Positions 1 to 14,850 are shown, counted from the stretch's first letter. The stretch is DNA of 64,000 bases from Octopus sinensis (GCF_006345805.1 NC_043006.1:90954001-91018000); one strand, 5' to 3'. Numbers and translations: made by a program. The notes: generated by a model not told the origin, from the letters alone.

Positions 1-289
1 CTATACTAGTTTTCTCAACTCTTATAAGGAAGTATGCTTCTTAGTGCAAGGAGTAAATGTCTCAAGAGCAAAACCTATCATATCCTTTCAGCTTCTAGTC
101 AAAGTCTGTTCATTTAACATATTTCTAAAACACTTTTAAAATGTTTCTCCATTATTAATGCTTGGATTTGTACTTTAATCCTTGATTTTCATCTCCCTCT
201 CCTCTTCTCTCTCCCTTTCTCACTCTACCCTCCCCACTCATGCACACATTTTAAATCCAAATAATAATGCTCTAAGCGTTGTGTTTCAT

Positions 290-1500
290 AGATAGCTGCT
301 TTCATTTGAAAGGACTTATTGTACATGTAGCATATTGGACAACTGTTCTTAAAATATTCTGAAGATATAATTGCAGCACTGATCAATAATCTATTGCTTG
401 GTCTTTCTTGATTGGATTCAAATGTTATTTAATGTTTTATCTTCTATTGCTCTACCTCTCCTGTTGAGTAATTGGTAGAATGGCTTCCATACCATAGATA
501 TTTAAAAAATTTATTTTACTTGTACTCTTTACCATTCCCTGAAAATTATACCTATCAGCCATGTTTTGCAGAACACAAGATCAACCTAGATTAAATCGGT
601 AGATTTTTCAGTTCATTGGGCTGGTTGTATTGCTAAACAGCTGAGCAATTTTGTATATTTTGAAGACCATTTAGATAAATCAAAATCAGTTGAAATTTGC
701 AGTTTTACTAAATGGAAATTATTGCTCTAATTGGAACCAAATACTCCTTTCCATAAATTGTAGAGTCTGTATCTTTGACACTGCACACCAAAGCTGCCCA
801 CTTTATTGGAAACAATAAATATAATTTCTACAGAATTCATGAGTTACACTCCACTTTTGTAATTAATTTCACACCATATTTACAATTGTTGCTTTCTACA
901 ATTCTTTTCATCTCCTTCGTCAACTAGCTATGTATCACCTCATTAGCGTCACCAAGCAGAAAATTACCTCAGCTGGTTTGATGTATTGAAAAACTGTGCT
1001 TTCAAACCCACCATCACACTACTACACCACGTACAATTTTACTTTCTTGCATTTCCTTTGCTGCCTGGGTTATTAAATGTTACTTCTATTGATTTGTAAT
1101 ACAATTGACAACAGATTTCTTATAGACGAATATAAACTGAACTTTTATAAATCCTTAAGAAATTAACTATTTTTATGTAGATTTGGTCTACAATAAAATG
1201 CTTTTGGCTACCATCAGCATTTAGCTGTAAACTAAAATTATGGTCTAACTCAATTAGTTGCTTGAATATGAACAGTAATTTTGCATTAGATTCTAACTTC
1301 ATTGAAGTGTTCAAAGAAGCTAACCAATAACAATTTATATTTATTTTTGGAATATCTACTGGTATCTCTCTTGCATTTCAGATTTTTCCTTCATTCAGCT
1401 AATGTTAACAACTTAAAATTATTTTGCTATCGATAAATGAAATTTGGGCCTTTAACATCAAGTTCACAATTGCCATAAAGTGTCTGGCATTGTATATATT
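290..1500 (-). mobile_element. Very old LINE-like remnant, possibly R4/Dong-type
   Basis: Faint motifs (SNKVGSF, LLISAAIISSEYFKN, MKAAIYETQRL) in collinear order; weak. Confidence 0.25.
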
Positions 1501-1789
1501 GACCTTGTTTCCTTCACATTTCACATCATTTCTTCTCTCCCCATTTAACTGTGGTTGGATGATTCTTAAAAAAGGATTATTATGAATAAATATTTATTGT
1601 ATTGGTAGATTAAATACAAGGTTTCTAATCTATTATATTTCACAGTTTTATTTGAGCTGGAAATGAATAAGATACTTTATATGGAAACCATTTCACTACA
1701 TGTATTTTAAAATAAACAATGAAACTCAAGGATGCGAGATGAGCCTTAGTCTTGTATTAATGATTGACCGTGACGACTGGCTTTGGTAA

Positions 1790-2000
1790 CAATTCTTTTT
1801 AATCTTGGCACAAGGCAAGCAACTTTAAGGAATGGAATTAGCTGACTGTATTGAGCTCAGTACTTGACTGGTACTTTATTTTATCAACCCCCAAAAGGAT
1901 GAAAAGCAAAGCTGGCCGCAACAGGATTTGAACTCAGGACATAATGCTAGAAATGCCACCATGCATTTTGTCCAGCATGCTAATGATTCAGCCTGCTTGT
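1790..2000 (-). mobile_element. SINE, same family as 15418-15630
   Basis: Reverse complement of B box (ggatttgaactc) and core (gtactttattttatcaacccccaaaaggatgaaa). Confidence 0.75.
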
Positions 2001-3165
2001 AATAGTGGTGGTGGTAGTATAATAGTAGTTGCAGCATCAGTAGTAGTAGTAGTAGATGGTGATGATGGTGGTCCCAATGACCATCATAATCACAGTATGC
2101 TCCTATTGATACTTTAAGACTAAAGTAAATGTATCCTTCAGACATCTTGCCACTTCTGCATATTCTCAGCTGCTGTCTCCACTAATTACATCACACTGAT
2201 AAAATATATTTTATACTTTCGGTTAATGTTCCATGTTTTTATAATGTCACTTACTCCTGTGTTTTTTTTTTGGGGGGGGGGGGTTGTGTGTTGGCCCTGC
2301 TAGCACCTGTTACCTTAATTTTATGTAGACTATTGAAACCAATTCCAATACTTAAAAATTTTTTGTTATTTTATTTATTTATGTGCTGGTCAGGGGAGGA
2401 GAGACGGACAGCATCTTCTGCTTTTGCGGGCCGTCTTAGTAAGAATGATGTGTCCAAACCCCAGTATAGTGTCTTTGAGAAAAACAAAGGAGAGAAGAGA
2501 ATGAGGAATTTAGTGCAAATGCTTATAACAGTGAATTCTGTCTGCTGAAAATGATAGTGGTGGCATGTTAGTCAAAATGAAAGCAAAATGAAAATAGGGT
2601 CATGACATTTTATGTGATACCATCACTCTCTATTTTTGTTTAATGAAATGTATAAACTCTGTATCTGCACCAAGTCTGTTTTCAGTGAATGTTATTTGCT
2701 GTTTTAAAATTTACTTTAAAATCACTAACTGTTGTGAGGTAGCTCCCCTCAGCTTGTGCACACACACACATACACACACACATATGTTGGTTTTACATCT
2801 AAAATATGAAATATGACTGAAATGTTTGAGCAACAAACATAATCTATATTATGTCTTTGAATCAAAGTGTACAGTGAACTATATTTTCTTTGAAATACCA
2901 ACAAAAGCTGTTAGGTATTTCTAATCAAAACCAAATGAATAACTGCTATTTTAGATTTAAGAAAGTCTAAATGATTGCTTTTTATTTGATAATATCTTCT
3001 TTCAAAGAACTACTTTGATGTTTAATTTACTGTTCTGAAATAAACTCAACACATTGTTTTATGGAAAAATGAAGGGGAAAAAAACTTTCTGAAATTGAAT
3101 TTATCCTGAATTCTTTCTTGAAACCCTTACTTTTGAAAAATCTTGGCTTTTAACATACACACTCT

Positions 3166-3167
3166 CT

Positions 3168-3264
<97 letters not shown>

Positions 3265-3300
3265 ACTCTTTCTCTCCCACTCCTCCCCCTCTCTCTTTTA
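3166..3300. repeat. (CT)n microsatellite
   Basis: Direct inspection. Confidence 0.95.
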
Positions 3301-3439
3301 GATCAATGAACTTTTAAATCCATTACAGAAAATTAAACCGCCTACTTTTTATTGTATTTTACCTTGTTTTATTATATTCTATTTCACCCTCCTCCTTTAC
3401 TCTCCCACTAACAGTATTACCCTGTGATCCTACTCTACA

Positions 3440-3542
3440 TGCATATATATATATATGTGTGTGTGTGTGTATGTGCATATGTATATTTATGATGTGTGTG
3501 TGTGTATGTGTATATATCTACATATATATGCACACACACACG

Positions 3543-3616
<74 letters not shown>

Positions 3617-3631
3617 ATACATACATGTATA

Positions 3632-3679
<48 letters not shown>

Positions 3680-3945
3680 TGCATAGATGCATGTATGTGA
3701 GAGAGAAAGAGAGTAATGATGAAGAGATTGTGTAGCAGGAAGAAAAGATGAAGACTCGAATCTCTCTTTAACTATTTGTATTAATTTTTACCAATGCTTA
3801 TAATGTATGGGTGTACACACCATATATATGTATATGTATATCAGTGTGTGTATGTGTGTACTTTATATGTGTGTGTGTGTATGTGTGCTTTATATATATA
3901 TATAAAGTACACACACACTTATATATAAAGTACACACACATTGAC
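3440..3945. repeat. Compound (AT)/(GT)/(CA) microsatellite region
   Basis: Direct inspection; explains ORFs 3435-3700. Confidence 0.9.
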
Positions 3946-4737
3946 ATCTGTAGACATTGAATTCATTTTGGAAAGCACTCACGAGAGTAAAAAAAAAAGG
4001 CATGTCAGCAATTTCTTTAATATAGTTTCCTTTGTTCAATGTATCTTCAAGCATTTATTAAGTTGTTATTATTTTCCTTAAGTTTTTAAAATCAATATAT
4101 TTATTATTATTATAAAATTTTAACTTGGTTATTTAATACTATTTTCAATTCAATATTACAACAGTGTTCTGAATTTGCATCTTCTATTTCAGTTAAATAA
4201 CAAGTCATTGACAAACTGAAATTGTTTATATGTCAGTTTGTTTATTGATACAAATGAATCATAAGAAAAGAAAAAAAGTTATTTTCTGCATTGGAAATTA
4301 AAAGATGTTATTTTCATGAATTTTAATATTCACAGTAATTTTCTTGAAATTGTTTAATTTCTATTTCCCTTGCTAAATTGTTACAGCAGTATCCTACTTA
4401 ACAAAAAAATGTCAAGTTCAAAACTTGCCTCTGACATTTTGTAGGCATAGAATTCTCAATTGAGTTGATATGAAATTAATGCTAATAATTGCACAAATAA
4501 TTGCTCAGAGAGTTTTATAAGCATTGAGAAATGATCCCTTGAGAATTAGTAGCAGACTGGAATAAAATCTCTAAATATTGAAAATTTTTCTTTAGAGGAA
4601 AATTATTTTTGACTATGAAAGTAAATGTACATTGGGAAACAATATTTTAGTGTTTACCAAAAAGAAATATAGAATTTGTGTGCGTGTGTGCACGTGCGCA
4701 TGCATGCGTGTGTGTGTCTGTTTGTCTGCCTGTATTG

Positions 4738-4791
<54 letters not shown>

Positions 4792-4868
4792 GAAAGTTTT
4801 TTGCAAACTCCCACAAGCCGTATTCCATTTACTTGATAAAAGACACTTCAAATTAGATGAACTGATCG

Positions 4869-5346
4869 TAGACATAGCTGCAGTTTTCTGGTTGAAGTTC
4901 GCAACTATGAGGTTTCATGTTCAACCCTGCTGCATGGGACCTTGGCTTCAGTGTCTTCTACTATAGACTCAAGTTGACCAATGTGTTGTGAATGATATTT
5001 GATTAATAGAAACTTTGTTGAAGCCTGTCATATGCATATGTGTGTGTGTGTGTGTGCATGTGAATTTGTATCAGTATGTATCTGCAGTGGCACCATCCAG
5101 CTTGTAGCAATGATGTTTATATAATGATTCATATGCAAAAATCCAGCAGGTCTACAGTTCGTGTGAAGTCATACAATCAAGTTCTTACTTGAAAACAAAT
5201 TAGGGGTTTCCTAAGGAAAAGTATCCAGGCATAGAATAGTGCCTCAACAAGTCTGATCCAATCCATGCCAGCATGGAGAAAAGCAGACATTAAAAAGAAA
5301 TTGACAACAATGATGGTGGCATCAGTTGTCATGATAACAATGATGA
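4869..5346 (+). mobile_element. Second SINE family (ccttgggcaagtgtct-type head) with internal microsatellite and RTE-like tail
   Basis: Head gacatagctg..gttcaaccctgctgcatgggaccttgg..tgtcttctactatag; end ccaatccatgccagcatgg..cagacattaaa. Confidence 0.6.
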
Positions 5347-5640
5347 CAAATTCATTTGCCTATGAGCAAGAAAAAAAGGCATCTACATTACTTGGTTGTT
5401 ATTTCAATATTCTAGGAAATATGGAAGGCAAATGGGACAATGATTTTATTAAAGAACAATTGGATTTGTTTTTTATGGGAAGCTCACAGACTTGCAACAG
5501 AATGTAATTGATAGACGATCAATCTAAAATCTTAATATCAAACAAGAATGCTTAGAGTGGTTGGTGATATACCAGAAGAATAACTTAGATATTGCAGACG
5601 TGTTTCAGTTGAATAAAACTGACTTTAAAATTGTAGAAAA

Positions 5641-6250
5641 TCATCATCATCATCATCATCGTTTAATGTCCATTTTCCATGCTAGCATGGGTTGGTCGGT
5701 TCAACTGGGGTCTGGGAAGCCTGAAGGCTGCGCCAGGCCCAGTCTGATCTGGCAGTGTTTCTACGACTGGATGCCCTTCCTAATGCCAACCACTCCGTGA
5801 GTGTAGTGGGTGCTTTTTACGTGCCACCTGCACAGGTGCCAGACGAGGCTGGCAACGGCCATAATTGGATGGTGCATTTTATGTGCCACCGGCACGGAGG
5901 CCTGTCAGGGCAGCGCTGGCAATGGCCACGTTCGAATGGTTCTCTTACGTGCCATCGGCACTGGTATCACAGCTACAATTTCCATTGATGTTGATCGATT
6001 TCGATTTTGATTTTTATTTTCATTTTCATTTTCTCTTGCCTCAACAGGTCTTCACAAGTAGGGTTTGTGTCACAAGAAGGAAAGGTATGGCTACGTCCCA
6101 GGTAGAGGCCATGGGTTATGGTCTCACTTGTCCTGCCGGGTCTTCCGACGCACAGCATACTTCCAAAGGTCTCAGTCTCTGGTCATTTCCTCGGTGAGAC
6201 CTAATGTTCGAAGGTCGTGCTTCACCACCTCGTCCCAGGTTTTCCTGGGT
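5641..6250 (-). mobile_element. RTE 3' fragment
   Basis: RKTWDEVVKHDLRTLGLTEEMTRD on the minus strand, 3' UTR sub-repeats, catcatcgtttaatgtcc terminus. Confidence 0.9.
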
Positions 6251-8073
6251 CTACAGCAGATAATAGATTTGTCCTTTGGATCTTGAATTCTAATCGAATG
6301 TAGATATTGCTGATGTTCAGTAATGCAAAATACTAGAATTTGAGGTGAACTGATGAAAGAGCCTGTTACACGGTTGCTCAACTTGTTATTAGATTGCAGT
6401 CAAATCTCTCTCATATCTCACTTACTGTCATTGGAAATTAAGAGAGAACATATTAGATAATGTACTTCTACATATAGACCCTCAAAACAACAGGGTACTT
6501 ACTGCAGGAATGTTATCTACTAAATCAAGGTTGACCTGTACTTAACTAAAAACATTTAGAATTAGAGTATTCAAATAATGAGCTGCATCAGGGGTTAATC
6601 AGTTAAATAGAAAGAAATCTTCATTAGATTTTCATGAAAGGTCATCTGAAATATTACAGTTATCTCCCCCACCCCCACAACATACAAATGTACCTTATGA
6701 ATATTACTTCTTCCTGCTTGGCAAAGGTTTTGTACTCATTTTATCCCAGTCTCTTCCTGTCCCAAATCCACTGACTTCCAGCTGGTCTATTTATAAAGAT
6801 CAAAAAGAAATGAAATGATTAACTCATGCATCTTGGTTTCCTCTTCTCCCTCCCTATCAAAACTTATCAAAAACCAAATGAAACTAAGTAAAACAGACAA
6901 AAAATTAAGAAAATATTTTTCCCTCCCACATCCATAAACTTTGGATTCCCCTCTCCATCAATTTACAGATCACATCTTATTTCTTTGTATAATCCCTAAT
7001 CCTCTATTTTTGCTGGTCCAGCTACCCACCATAGTCTAAATATGCTATGAAAGGTGGTGTTTATTATTAGTAGGTAGAATCTACTCTCTTCACCACCACT
7101 CCTTTTCCAACTGTTTTTCATTAAAATTCAGATGCTAAAAGAAGAAAATGACTGTTGGATAGTTGAAAGGATTGATTGTCAGGAGCTTAGAGATACTTTA
7201 ACATAGTCACAAAATTTGAAGTGGACTAAGAAAGAGAGAAAGAGAGAGAGAGAGAGAGGGGAGGACAGGGTTAAAGAGGATAAGTAGATAACTGTAGGCT
7301 GCACTGTTAGAGGGTTTTTCCTAGAGACATTGACCTTTCAGATGTTCAAGTTGATCAACTGAATCCCTCTTGCCAATTTGAAACAACCCACAATATTCAT
7401 GGTCACTGCTCCACTTCCTTTGACTATCTTATGAAAAAATTCCACTTTGGTTGGAATCACAAGGGGTAGAAACTAGAACCTAATTCATCCAAATTACACC
7501 TTCAACTTTATTTGATGATACAGTCTTAAATACACCCCAAAATTTGGATGGTCATGGTTGGAATGACTTTTATCAAGAGTTTGCTCAGTCAGAGCTAAAC
7601 TGAGGCTTATCAACAATAACTTAATAGATGAAAGCAACTTGTTAGGATATGCAAAATTTATTGGAAATTAAATGCTTGATCTGATTGTTTTTTGAAACTT
7701 AAATTTTAACCCTTAAGTGGCCATATTTGGCCCAGATATTCTGCCTGTTTTATGATCAAACTGGCTTCTCTCATTTAGCCTATGTCATTGTAAAAATAAT
7801 CAATGCCATCATTGAAATCATGAAGCTACAAAATAATGCATGATTAATTTCAAAACAATGTGAATAAATAAGCATTGCAGTTGACATCTTTGAGTGGGTA
7901 TCTTACACTTGAGCCTCTTTGTTGGAGGAGTTTGTGTCAGTTAGTGTGAGGAACGACATAGGAATTCAACTAAACTGTTTTCTTCTTTTTTTGTTATATT
8001 TCCTTCAGTGTCTTCATAAAATATAAGAAAACATATGTGCCTTGTATGAATGTACCAGTGTTACTGCATGTAT

Positions 8074-8790
8074 TCACAAGGGTGTATCATTAGTTTTATT
8101 ATTCACATTAGTTGTGTGCACATCACTAGGTTTGATCTTTCTAGAGTCACTACAATGCAAGTTTCAACTTGAAACATCAATGGGATATTATTGTTATATT
8201 TAAACATGGCTGCTCTTTTTTTCTATTGGCCCTAATGAAGAGCGACTTTCACTCATTCATTGTCTGTTGAAAATGTATCAGGTGCCAAAATCTATCAAAT
8301 CTTTCAACAATGTTTTGCTGCTATGGACTTAATAAATGGTTTTAAAACCTCAGTTTACCTACAAGTGCCATGCATCAAGAAGGAACCAGATGCCAAATCA
8401 TGTTCTCTGCTGATAACAGTCTTGAACAAATCTGTGACATGGTTTTGTTGAAAAATACGAGATTATTGATAAAATAGCAAATAATATGAAAATTAGGCAT
8501 GATTTTGCTGTAGAATATCTACAATAAACTAGATTTTAGTAAAGTCTATGTGAGATAGGTCTCAAAACAACTCATAAAATTTAATGAAAGAAATTGTTTT
8601 GAATTCAATCAACAACTTTTGAATAGCTATTGTAAAAGATAATATTACTGGTGATGAAATATGAAAATAGTCAATATAATAATTATTAAATACTGTGAGG
8701 TTATGTTTTTTTATCAAGACAAGTTCGTTAAATTCCTTGATACTGCATTATGTAAGTTATTGGGAAAGTCACTAGTAGAACGTTTCAGTT
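8074..8790 (+). mobile_element. Old internally deleted mariner-like relic
   Basis: ENVSGAKIYQ (HTH start), DNSLEQICDMVL, SKVYVR*VSKQL...FNQQLL (cf. KVCARWVPK.L), DNITGDEI (cf. IITGDE); possible TIR caagggtgtatca at about 8076. Confidence 0.6.
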
Positions 8791-9039
8791 GTTAATATTG
8801 CAAATCTTTCTTAAATTGAAAATGAATAAAAAAATTCCATATAAAAATATTTATTTTCACTTCTTCAAATTTGTTTATATATTGGGGCATGTTTTGCCAT
8901 TAATTTCATTGTAGTCATTTGATATAGTTTTATTTAATAGTTTCAATTGTTTTCCTATCTAAAATTTATATTAAAATATTTTGACATTAACCTTTTACTT
9001 ATTTACCATACAAAGTTGGAAACAACTTGTAAATAGCTA

Positions 9040-10370
9040 TGATTCTTAGTGGCTTCTAAGTTTAAAGAGCAATCCTGTAGCTCTGCCAATTTTTCTGTGC
9101 TTTTCTATTGGATCTGGCAACCGTACAAATTTCTTGATTATAAAAGCTGTAATTTATCCTTAGGCACGCCTTTCATTACTCTTTTGGTAATTGTTACATT
9201 CTTCTCATGTGTTTGTTTTCAGTATTCCGGTTTATTCACATGGTTGTGAAAACTAGCATTTTCTTGTTATTTACATCATTAATACATACTCCATACACTT
9301 ACTAAAACAATTTTGATGTAGCCAGTGATGCTTTCGGGAAGTTGCTAACTTTTAATATTCGTCTGTTTGAAAAGTATTGTAGAACTATTCTTGTTATTTT
9401 GCTCATTTTTATTTCCTTCTTATCAATTCAAAAATATTTTATAGTATTTCCTAAGATAGATATCAGCAAATATTTGATAAAATTGAAAGTGACTGCTTTT
9501 CTTTTTCTTCTCTCTATTGATCTAAATGTTGTATACATTTCCCTATTCAATATGACTTCCATTTTTCTCTAGTTCAAGTTTTGCAAATAAATGGTTTAAA
9601 AAAAGGAAGAAAATGTAATTCTAATAAGTATATTTTATAACCTCTTGCTCTTTAGCAATGATATCAAGATGCTCATGTCTAAGACAATGTTTTTGTTTTT
9701 AGCATTTTTTTTGTACCAGCTTGAAATGAAATGAATTGTTTGTAGCTTATTAACATTTCTTTGTGTGTGTGTGCATGTGTGTGTGTGTATGCAATACTTT
9801 TTGATTTTAATTTAAAATTTTTCATTTCGTTTCTTTATGGTAAATGGCTATGTTGTCTTTTGTATGGAATCTTAAAATATTTTCTCTTCTCCAAAAGTTT
9901 TGCTGCAGTTTCATTTCAGATTACCATCATTTCACAATAGTTTTCTCACCATTGATCACAGCTGACAAGTTCTATTCAATAGCTTGATTCAGTTATTTAA
10001 GCTGTTACCTTAAAAATCATAAGAGTGTATTAACTAAAGTAACTTTTAAAATTAGATACGAAGTATATTGTGAACAAAGCAGACAATTTCTGTAGCTTTT
10101 AGTGCTTTGTAGAGACTGATTTAGCATCTTTTTCAAAATGATGTTCTGTCTGATCCTTGCTAATGAATTTAGATTAATCTTTGTGATTACTTTTTGTTTT
10201 AAGCTTCCAGCCTTATTCAAGGAGGATTTAAGATGTTTCAAAAGTTGAAGTTCTTTTCAAGTTGTTATCTATAATAATGTGTCTGGTTGTTTGCTTATTG
10301 CAAGCTGCCATTGTCTATAGGCATTTCTATCCTTAGGAGGCCTTGCTCCTCTTCTCCTGATTGAAAGAAG
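9040..10370 (-). mobile_element. Highly decayed LINE remnant, probably R4/Dong-type
   Basis: Residual motifs EEEQGLLRIEM (cf. GGRGLL), EKWKSY and LAELQDCSL in the expected order; many stops. Confidence 0.4.
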
Positions 10371-13300
10371 GTTTTTATTCTTTATTTTTCAGAAATATTT
10401 CTCAGGAATTTTATATACTCACTGCAAATAAATTTATCCTTTTGTGAATAATTGAAGTATGACAGCAGACTCAGAGCTCTTTTTTTTTTTTTTTTTCACA
10501 GATATAAAATACTACAGCAGAATTATACTTGAAGTATTCGTTTTAGAAAAGTCTTTCAAAGTAGTACATAATTTGAATGTCTCTAGATTTCTTTGGTTGC
10601 TTGGATGAAGATGTTAAATTAATCCTCTATTCTCTCCAACCCAAATTCTTTCAGCAGCCAATGTTCATACATTATATTCTAGTTTTCTGATTCATATATT
10701 AAGAATTCTATCTTTAATTTACTCCATTCTTCAGAATTTTGGTAAAAATAATATTCTGCTATGTGTGTGTGTTCCTCATTAATGCTAATTTTTTTCTCTT
10801 AAAAAGTTGCCACATGCATAATCTACAGATATATATTAACTACAGTATTGGAAATTGAAGCTGCTACATCTATATACATAGAAAAAAATGTTTGATGTTT
10901 ATTGTATACCGGTTGTGTTTTAGAATTTCTTAGATCTCTAAAGGAATTAATGTAACTGAGTGTGTGTTAGTCCTTTCACTCCAGCAACTTGGTTTATGAT
11001 ACCACAGACTCTGACCCCTCTATTTGTAATTAAACTAATCATAGATTTCTTATATTGAGTGAAAGCACATAACATAAGGCCAATATGAATCTTCAGGCTG
11101 CATTTTTAACACTCTAGCTTGTTAAAGTTCATTTTTAAAGGCTATAGCACTACCATTGTGGCTTTTTTAGATTATTTATTAAAGAAGTTACAAACAATTA
11201 GACATAAAACGAAATTTAGAAAAATTAAAAGAAGTTATTTTTATGAAAAGGCTATAAAGTAAAAGGATATGAAAGTAATAAACTATAAAAATACTATAAA
11301 AGAATGTGAAGCACATCTTTGTTTTCCAGTTAAAAAATCTAAAGTACATCAAAGTTAAAAGCAAAAAATTGAAGTCCCCCAAAGTGACATAACAAATGAC
11401 CTTTAGAAAACAAAAGCAAAAAAAAGTAAACTCAATTAGATAGGCAACCCTTCTCTTTTTACATGAAAGCATTGTTTGAATATAAAATTTAAGTGAATGT
11501 AATATTGAAGATTACATTAAATGAAATAAAAATTATGTTGTAAAAGATTGAAAAGTTTGTACAGGATTTATTGAAAAGAAACATTGTATCTGTTGACTAG
11601 GATTAATGTCTCCCATTCTCAGTGCAGAAACACAGTCAACTGTGAAATTGGAAATGTTGATGCATTATATTACAATTTTACAAAGACATTACCATAACCA
11701 GAGAGGGTTATCTGAAGTATGGTTATTGCTAGGTGAAAATATATAATTTATCTTTATTTCTTGTTGTTGGAGTCAGTATTCTTGAGCCCAGTAATGCAAT
11801 AATTGCTTCACACTCTCACTCCAGCACAAGCTCCATTACCCTGATTGTAAACCATAAGAAAAGTTTGAAGCTTGTTCTTTGATAAATCTCACATTTCTTA
11901 ATACCTTTTCTAAATGACGATCATTTTCTCAACTGAATTACATCTGGAAAGACTTTCACAAGATAACAAAGCATTTCAATTCTACAAACTGTGTTGTTGT
12001 TATTTTTTTTTCCTTCTTTTTTCTTATATAATTATATTTTTAACAGTTCTCTTATAAATGCTTCCAGAATGAATGTATTTCACTTTGTACCATTACTGGA
12101 TTCACCATTACATAACTCAACTAATGTATGTTTTAAGAATGTTACATTTTAATTACGTGTGTGTGGAGAATGGTTATGGTGACGTATTTATTGTATTTTT
12201 CCTCAATATAATCAAAAAACAATCAACATTCTTTTTTTTTTGCAGCTTTTAATGTAAAATAAAATGAAATTTGCATATTAGTATTCTTAAAATTGATTAT
12301 GTTAGTGAAAATGTTAACAATTTGTGTACCTGATATTGCAGTCTTGTTTTAATAAGCTAAAGAGAGTGAATGTTGTGGCAGTGCATTGCAAGACTGTGTT
12401 AAACACATCCCACTTGCTTTGTCTCTATTTTCTACTATAATTCACAAGTACAGGAAATAAGTCTCTTGTGATCGTTTCTGTATTGGAACTGCAGTCTGAT
12501 GGAATCATTGAGAACAAAGCATTTAAAAAAAATAAATAATAGAAATATAAAACAAAGGGAAAAATGAAATACATGATAAAAAATGAAAAACAAAACATCT
12601 TTATTCCAAAGCTGTTCATTACAAATGGATGAATGGATATATTTTAGCTTAACTTAAAGCAATTTCTTAAAAGCATGGAAAAATGCATTGTATTGCTCCT
12701 AAGTTTTTGTCATTCTTTCCTTTTAGTAGAGGTATATTTTAGTCTCATTTTACTGGGGGAGGAAGATGGAAACGTTCAGGTGGTTGTACTTGAAAGCTTT
12801 CTGTTGATGCATTAATCAACAACTTGTACAATTACTCCTAGTCACACGTGTGCACGCGCACATGCACACACACATTCACACACTCACACACACACACACA
12901 CAAACACACTCGCACAGACATCTTTATTCCTAATAACTATTAGGTTTTATCTTTGTAGCATAAGTAGGGCAAGATTTCTGTAGAAACTGACACAGTTGTC
13001 ACTTCCTTCTCGTTATTTCGATTCCACAAAATACATGTTTATGCAATTATTATGAGCGACCATTTTCTTTCACACACAACCAATTTCACATGGTAAGTTC
13101 AAAGAGATCAAGATAAATACTACCGTGTAAGTTATTTTTGGTCTATAATTTAGAGAGGGACCTTGGTAATAACACCAGGCATTTAATGAACAAGTAACAA
13201 TTATCTGTTTGTTTGCAAGTTTAAGAAGCATAAAACCTGTAAAACAAACATAAGAAACCAATAAAATGACTTGGCAGCTGCATTTTATATTTGCTTTGCT

Positions 13301-13454
13301 TTTGTCTTTTCATATTTTTTAACCTTCTCCTTGTTATATTGTACTAAATTGAAAATTGCTGCTTTTAGCCTGATTAAAAATCTCAACTTGCTTGCAGAAT
13401 GCTTATTATTTATTATTCATATATTTACTACTACTACTACTACTACTATTTAGT

Positions 13455-14545
13455 TGTTTTATTTCTATTGCATGCTTTCACTGCACTTCCAAGCAGTGTG
13501 CCTTGCTTACATGCAGTGATTTGTTTTAGTGTTGTTATTTTTACTGTAATGACAGTGCTCTAAGTAATATGTGTGTTGGACTTAGCAGTGTTCTTTTCTC
13601 TATGTTATACATATTTGTAAATCCTGGAGTTTTTGCTGTGCATGTCTGCATTTGCTTTCATAATTCTCGAAGTACCTGTTATTCTAGGAATTGCTTCTAT
13701 TTTCAGGTTTTATGTTTGGGTTATCTCTGTTTCTAGATCTTTCTATTTGGATAATTTCTCCATCTCTCTTAGAGATATAGTCTCTCCATTAGGACTGATA
13801 CGTCGATTGGACAATATTTTTTTTCTTGCTGGTTCATAACAGCAATATTTTGTTAAACTTTGATTTCCCTATCTGTGTGTATGAGTATCTCTTAGATTAT
13901 GATTGCTTTGCTATTGCATGTCTGTACCATTTGTTTTCTGTAGGTATTTTTGAGGTGCTAGCCTAACTTCTGGTGCATGTAAGTAACAATTCTGTTTTGT
14001 CAGTGGATGCATTCTTTCTTGGTTAAGACTGGGCAGCCAGAAGAAATAATGTGGTTAATTATTTCTTCCTCATCTCCACATATTTTGCAGTTACTTGCTG
14101 TATTCTCCTTCAATATATACATTTGGTGATTTCTATGCTGCCATCAAGGATCCTTCAGTCTCTGCTTTCAGTCCTGTGCTTCTCAACCAGTCTTAACATA
14201 TTTTTCTTTGTCTAGTTCTTTTCTTTTAAATTTGTAATATTTTGAATCTAAGGTAATCAGATGTATTCAAGTTGACAGCATTTTACTTAAGATGTGGGCA
14301 GTACTCATAGGAACAATTCTTTGCAGTTCTGATTCCTTTGGATTTCCTGGTATTAGACAGTGTCTAAGACAGAGGTATTAGACAGTGTCTAAGAGTGTCT
14401 TTTGGTATTATCCTCATATCTCCAATGATTACAGGCACAGTCATTCTTAGATGCCACATATTTCTTAGATCTCTATTTCAAAATCCTTGTATTTAACTTT
14501 CCAAATGTTTTTACAGAGCTGTTGCAGTCTGCTGGGATTAACACA
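13455..14545 (-). mobile_element. Decayed R4/Dong-type LINE 3' part
   Basis: Minus strand reads WLRSTGLKAETEGSLMAA and EMEKLSK*KDLETEITQT*NLKIEAIP, homologous to the 20.7-21.7 kb piece. Confidence 0.8.
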
Positions 14546-14564
14546 TCATCATCATCATCATCAT

Positions 14565-14765
14565 CATTATTTGTTTGACTTTTGCTTTACATTTGTACAA
14601 GTTGGCTCCAACTCTCACCCAGAGACCTCAAGAGACAACAAGTTGGAAGTTCATGTTGGTGTTATGCCTAGGGTACCATATATTTGATTTTGTACTTAGT
14701 GTTGTACTAGTGAATGTTTAAGAAACCATAAGAAAATTATGTTTGTTTTAAAACTTGAGATTACA
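14565..14765 (-). mobile_element. Probable R4/Dong-type 3' UTR remnant ending in a trinucleotide tail
   Basis: Non-microsatellite island between (CAT)n and (ATT)n arrays, ending (minus) ...gcaaaagtcaaacaaataatgatgatg; family assignment is by recollection and context. Confidence 0.45.
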
Positions 14766-14771
14766 TTATTA

Positions 14772-14835
<64 letters not shown>

Positions 14836-14850
14836 CATCATCATCATCAT
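14765..14850. repeat. (ATT)n(ATC)n microsatellite
   Basis: Direct inspection. Confidence 0.95.

Noticed and set aside
3435-3700. ORFs rich in YI/CV/HT repeats, and similar ones at 15087-15446, 19299-19538, 48274-48874, 51269-52164 and 56337-56733
   Set aside because: They are translations of di- and trinucleotide microsatellites.
11616-12780. Plus-strand exon-like segments at about 11616-11708 and 12727-12779, and a CpG-rich one at about 2394-2438
   Set aside because: Frames and acceptors are ambiguous, with no recognisable protein; not distinguishable from chance.
14349-14395. 25-bp tandem duplication (ggtattagacagtgtctaaga)
   Set aside because: Ordinary slippage inside a dead LINE fragment.
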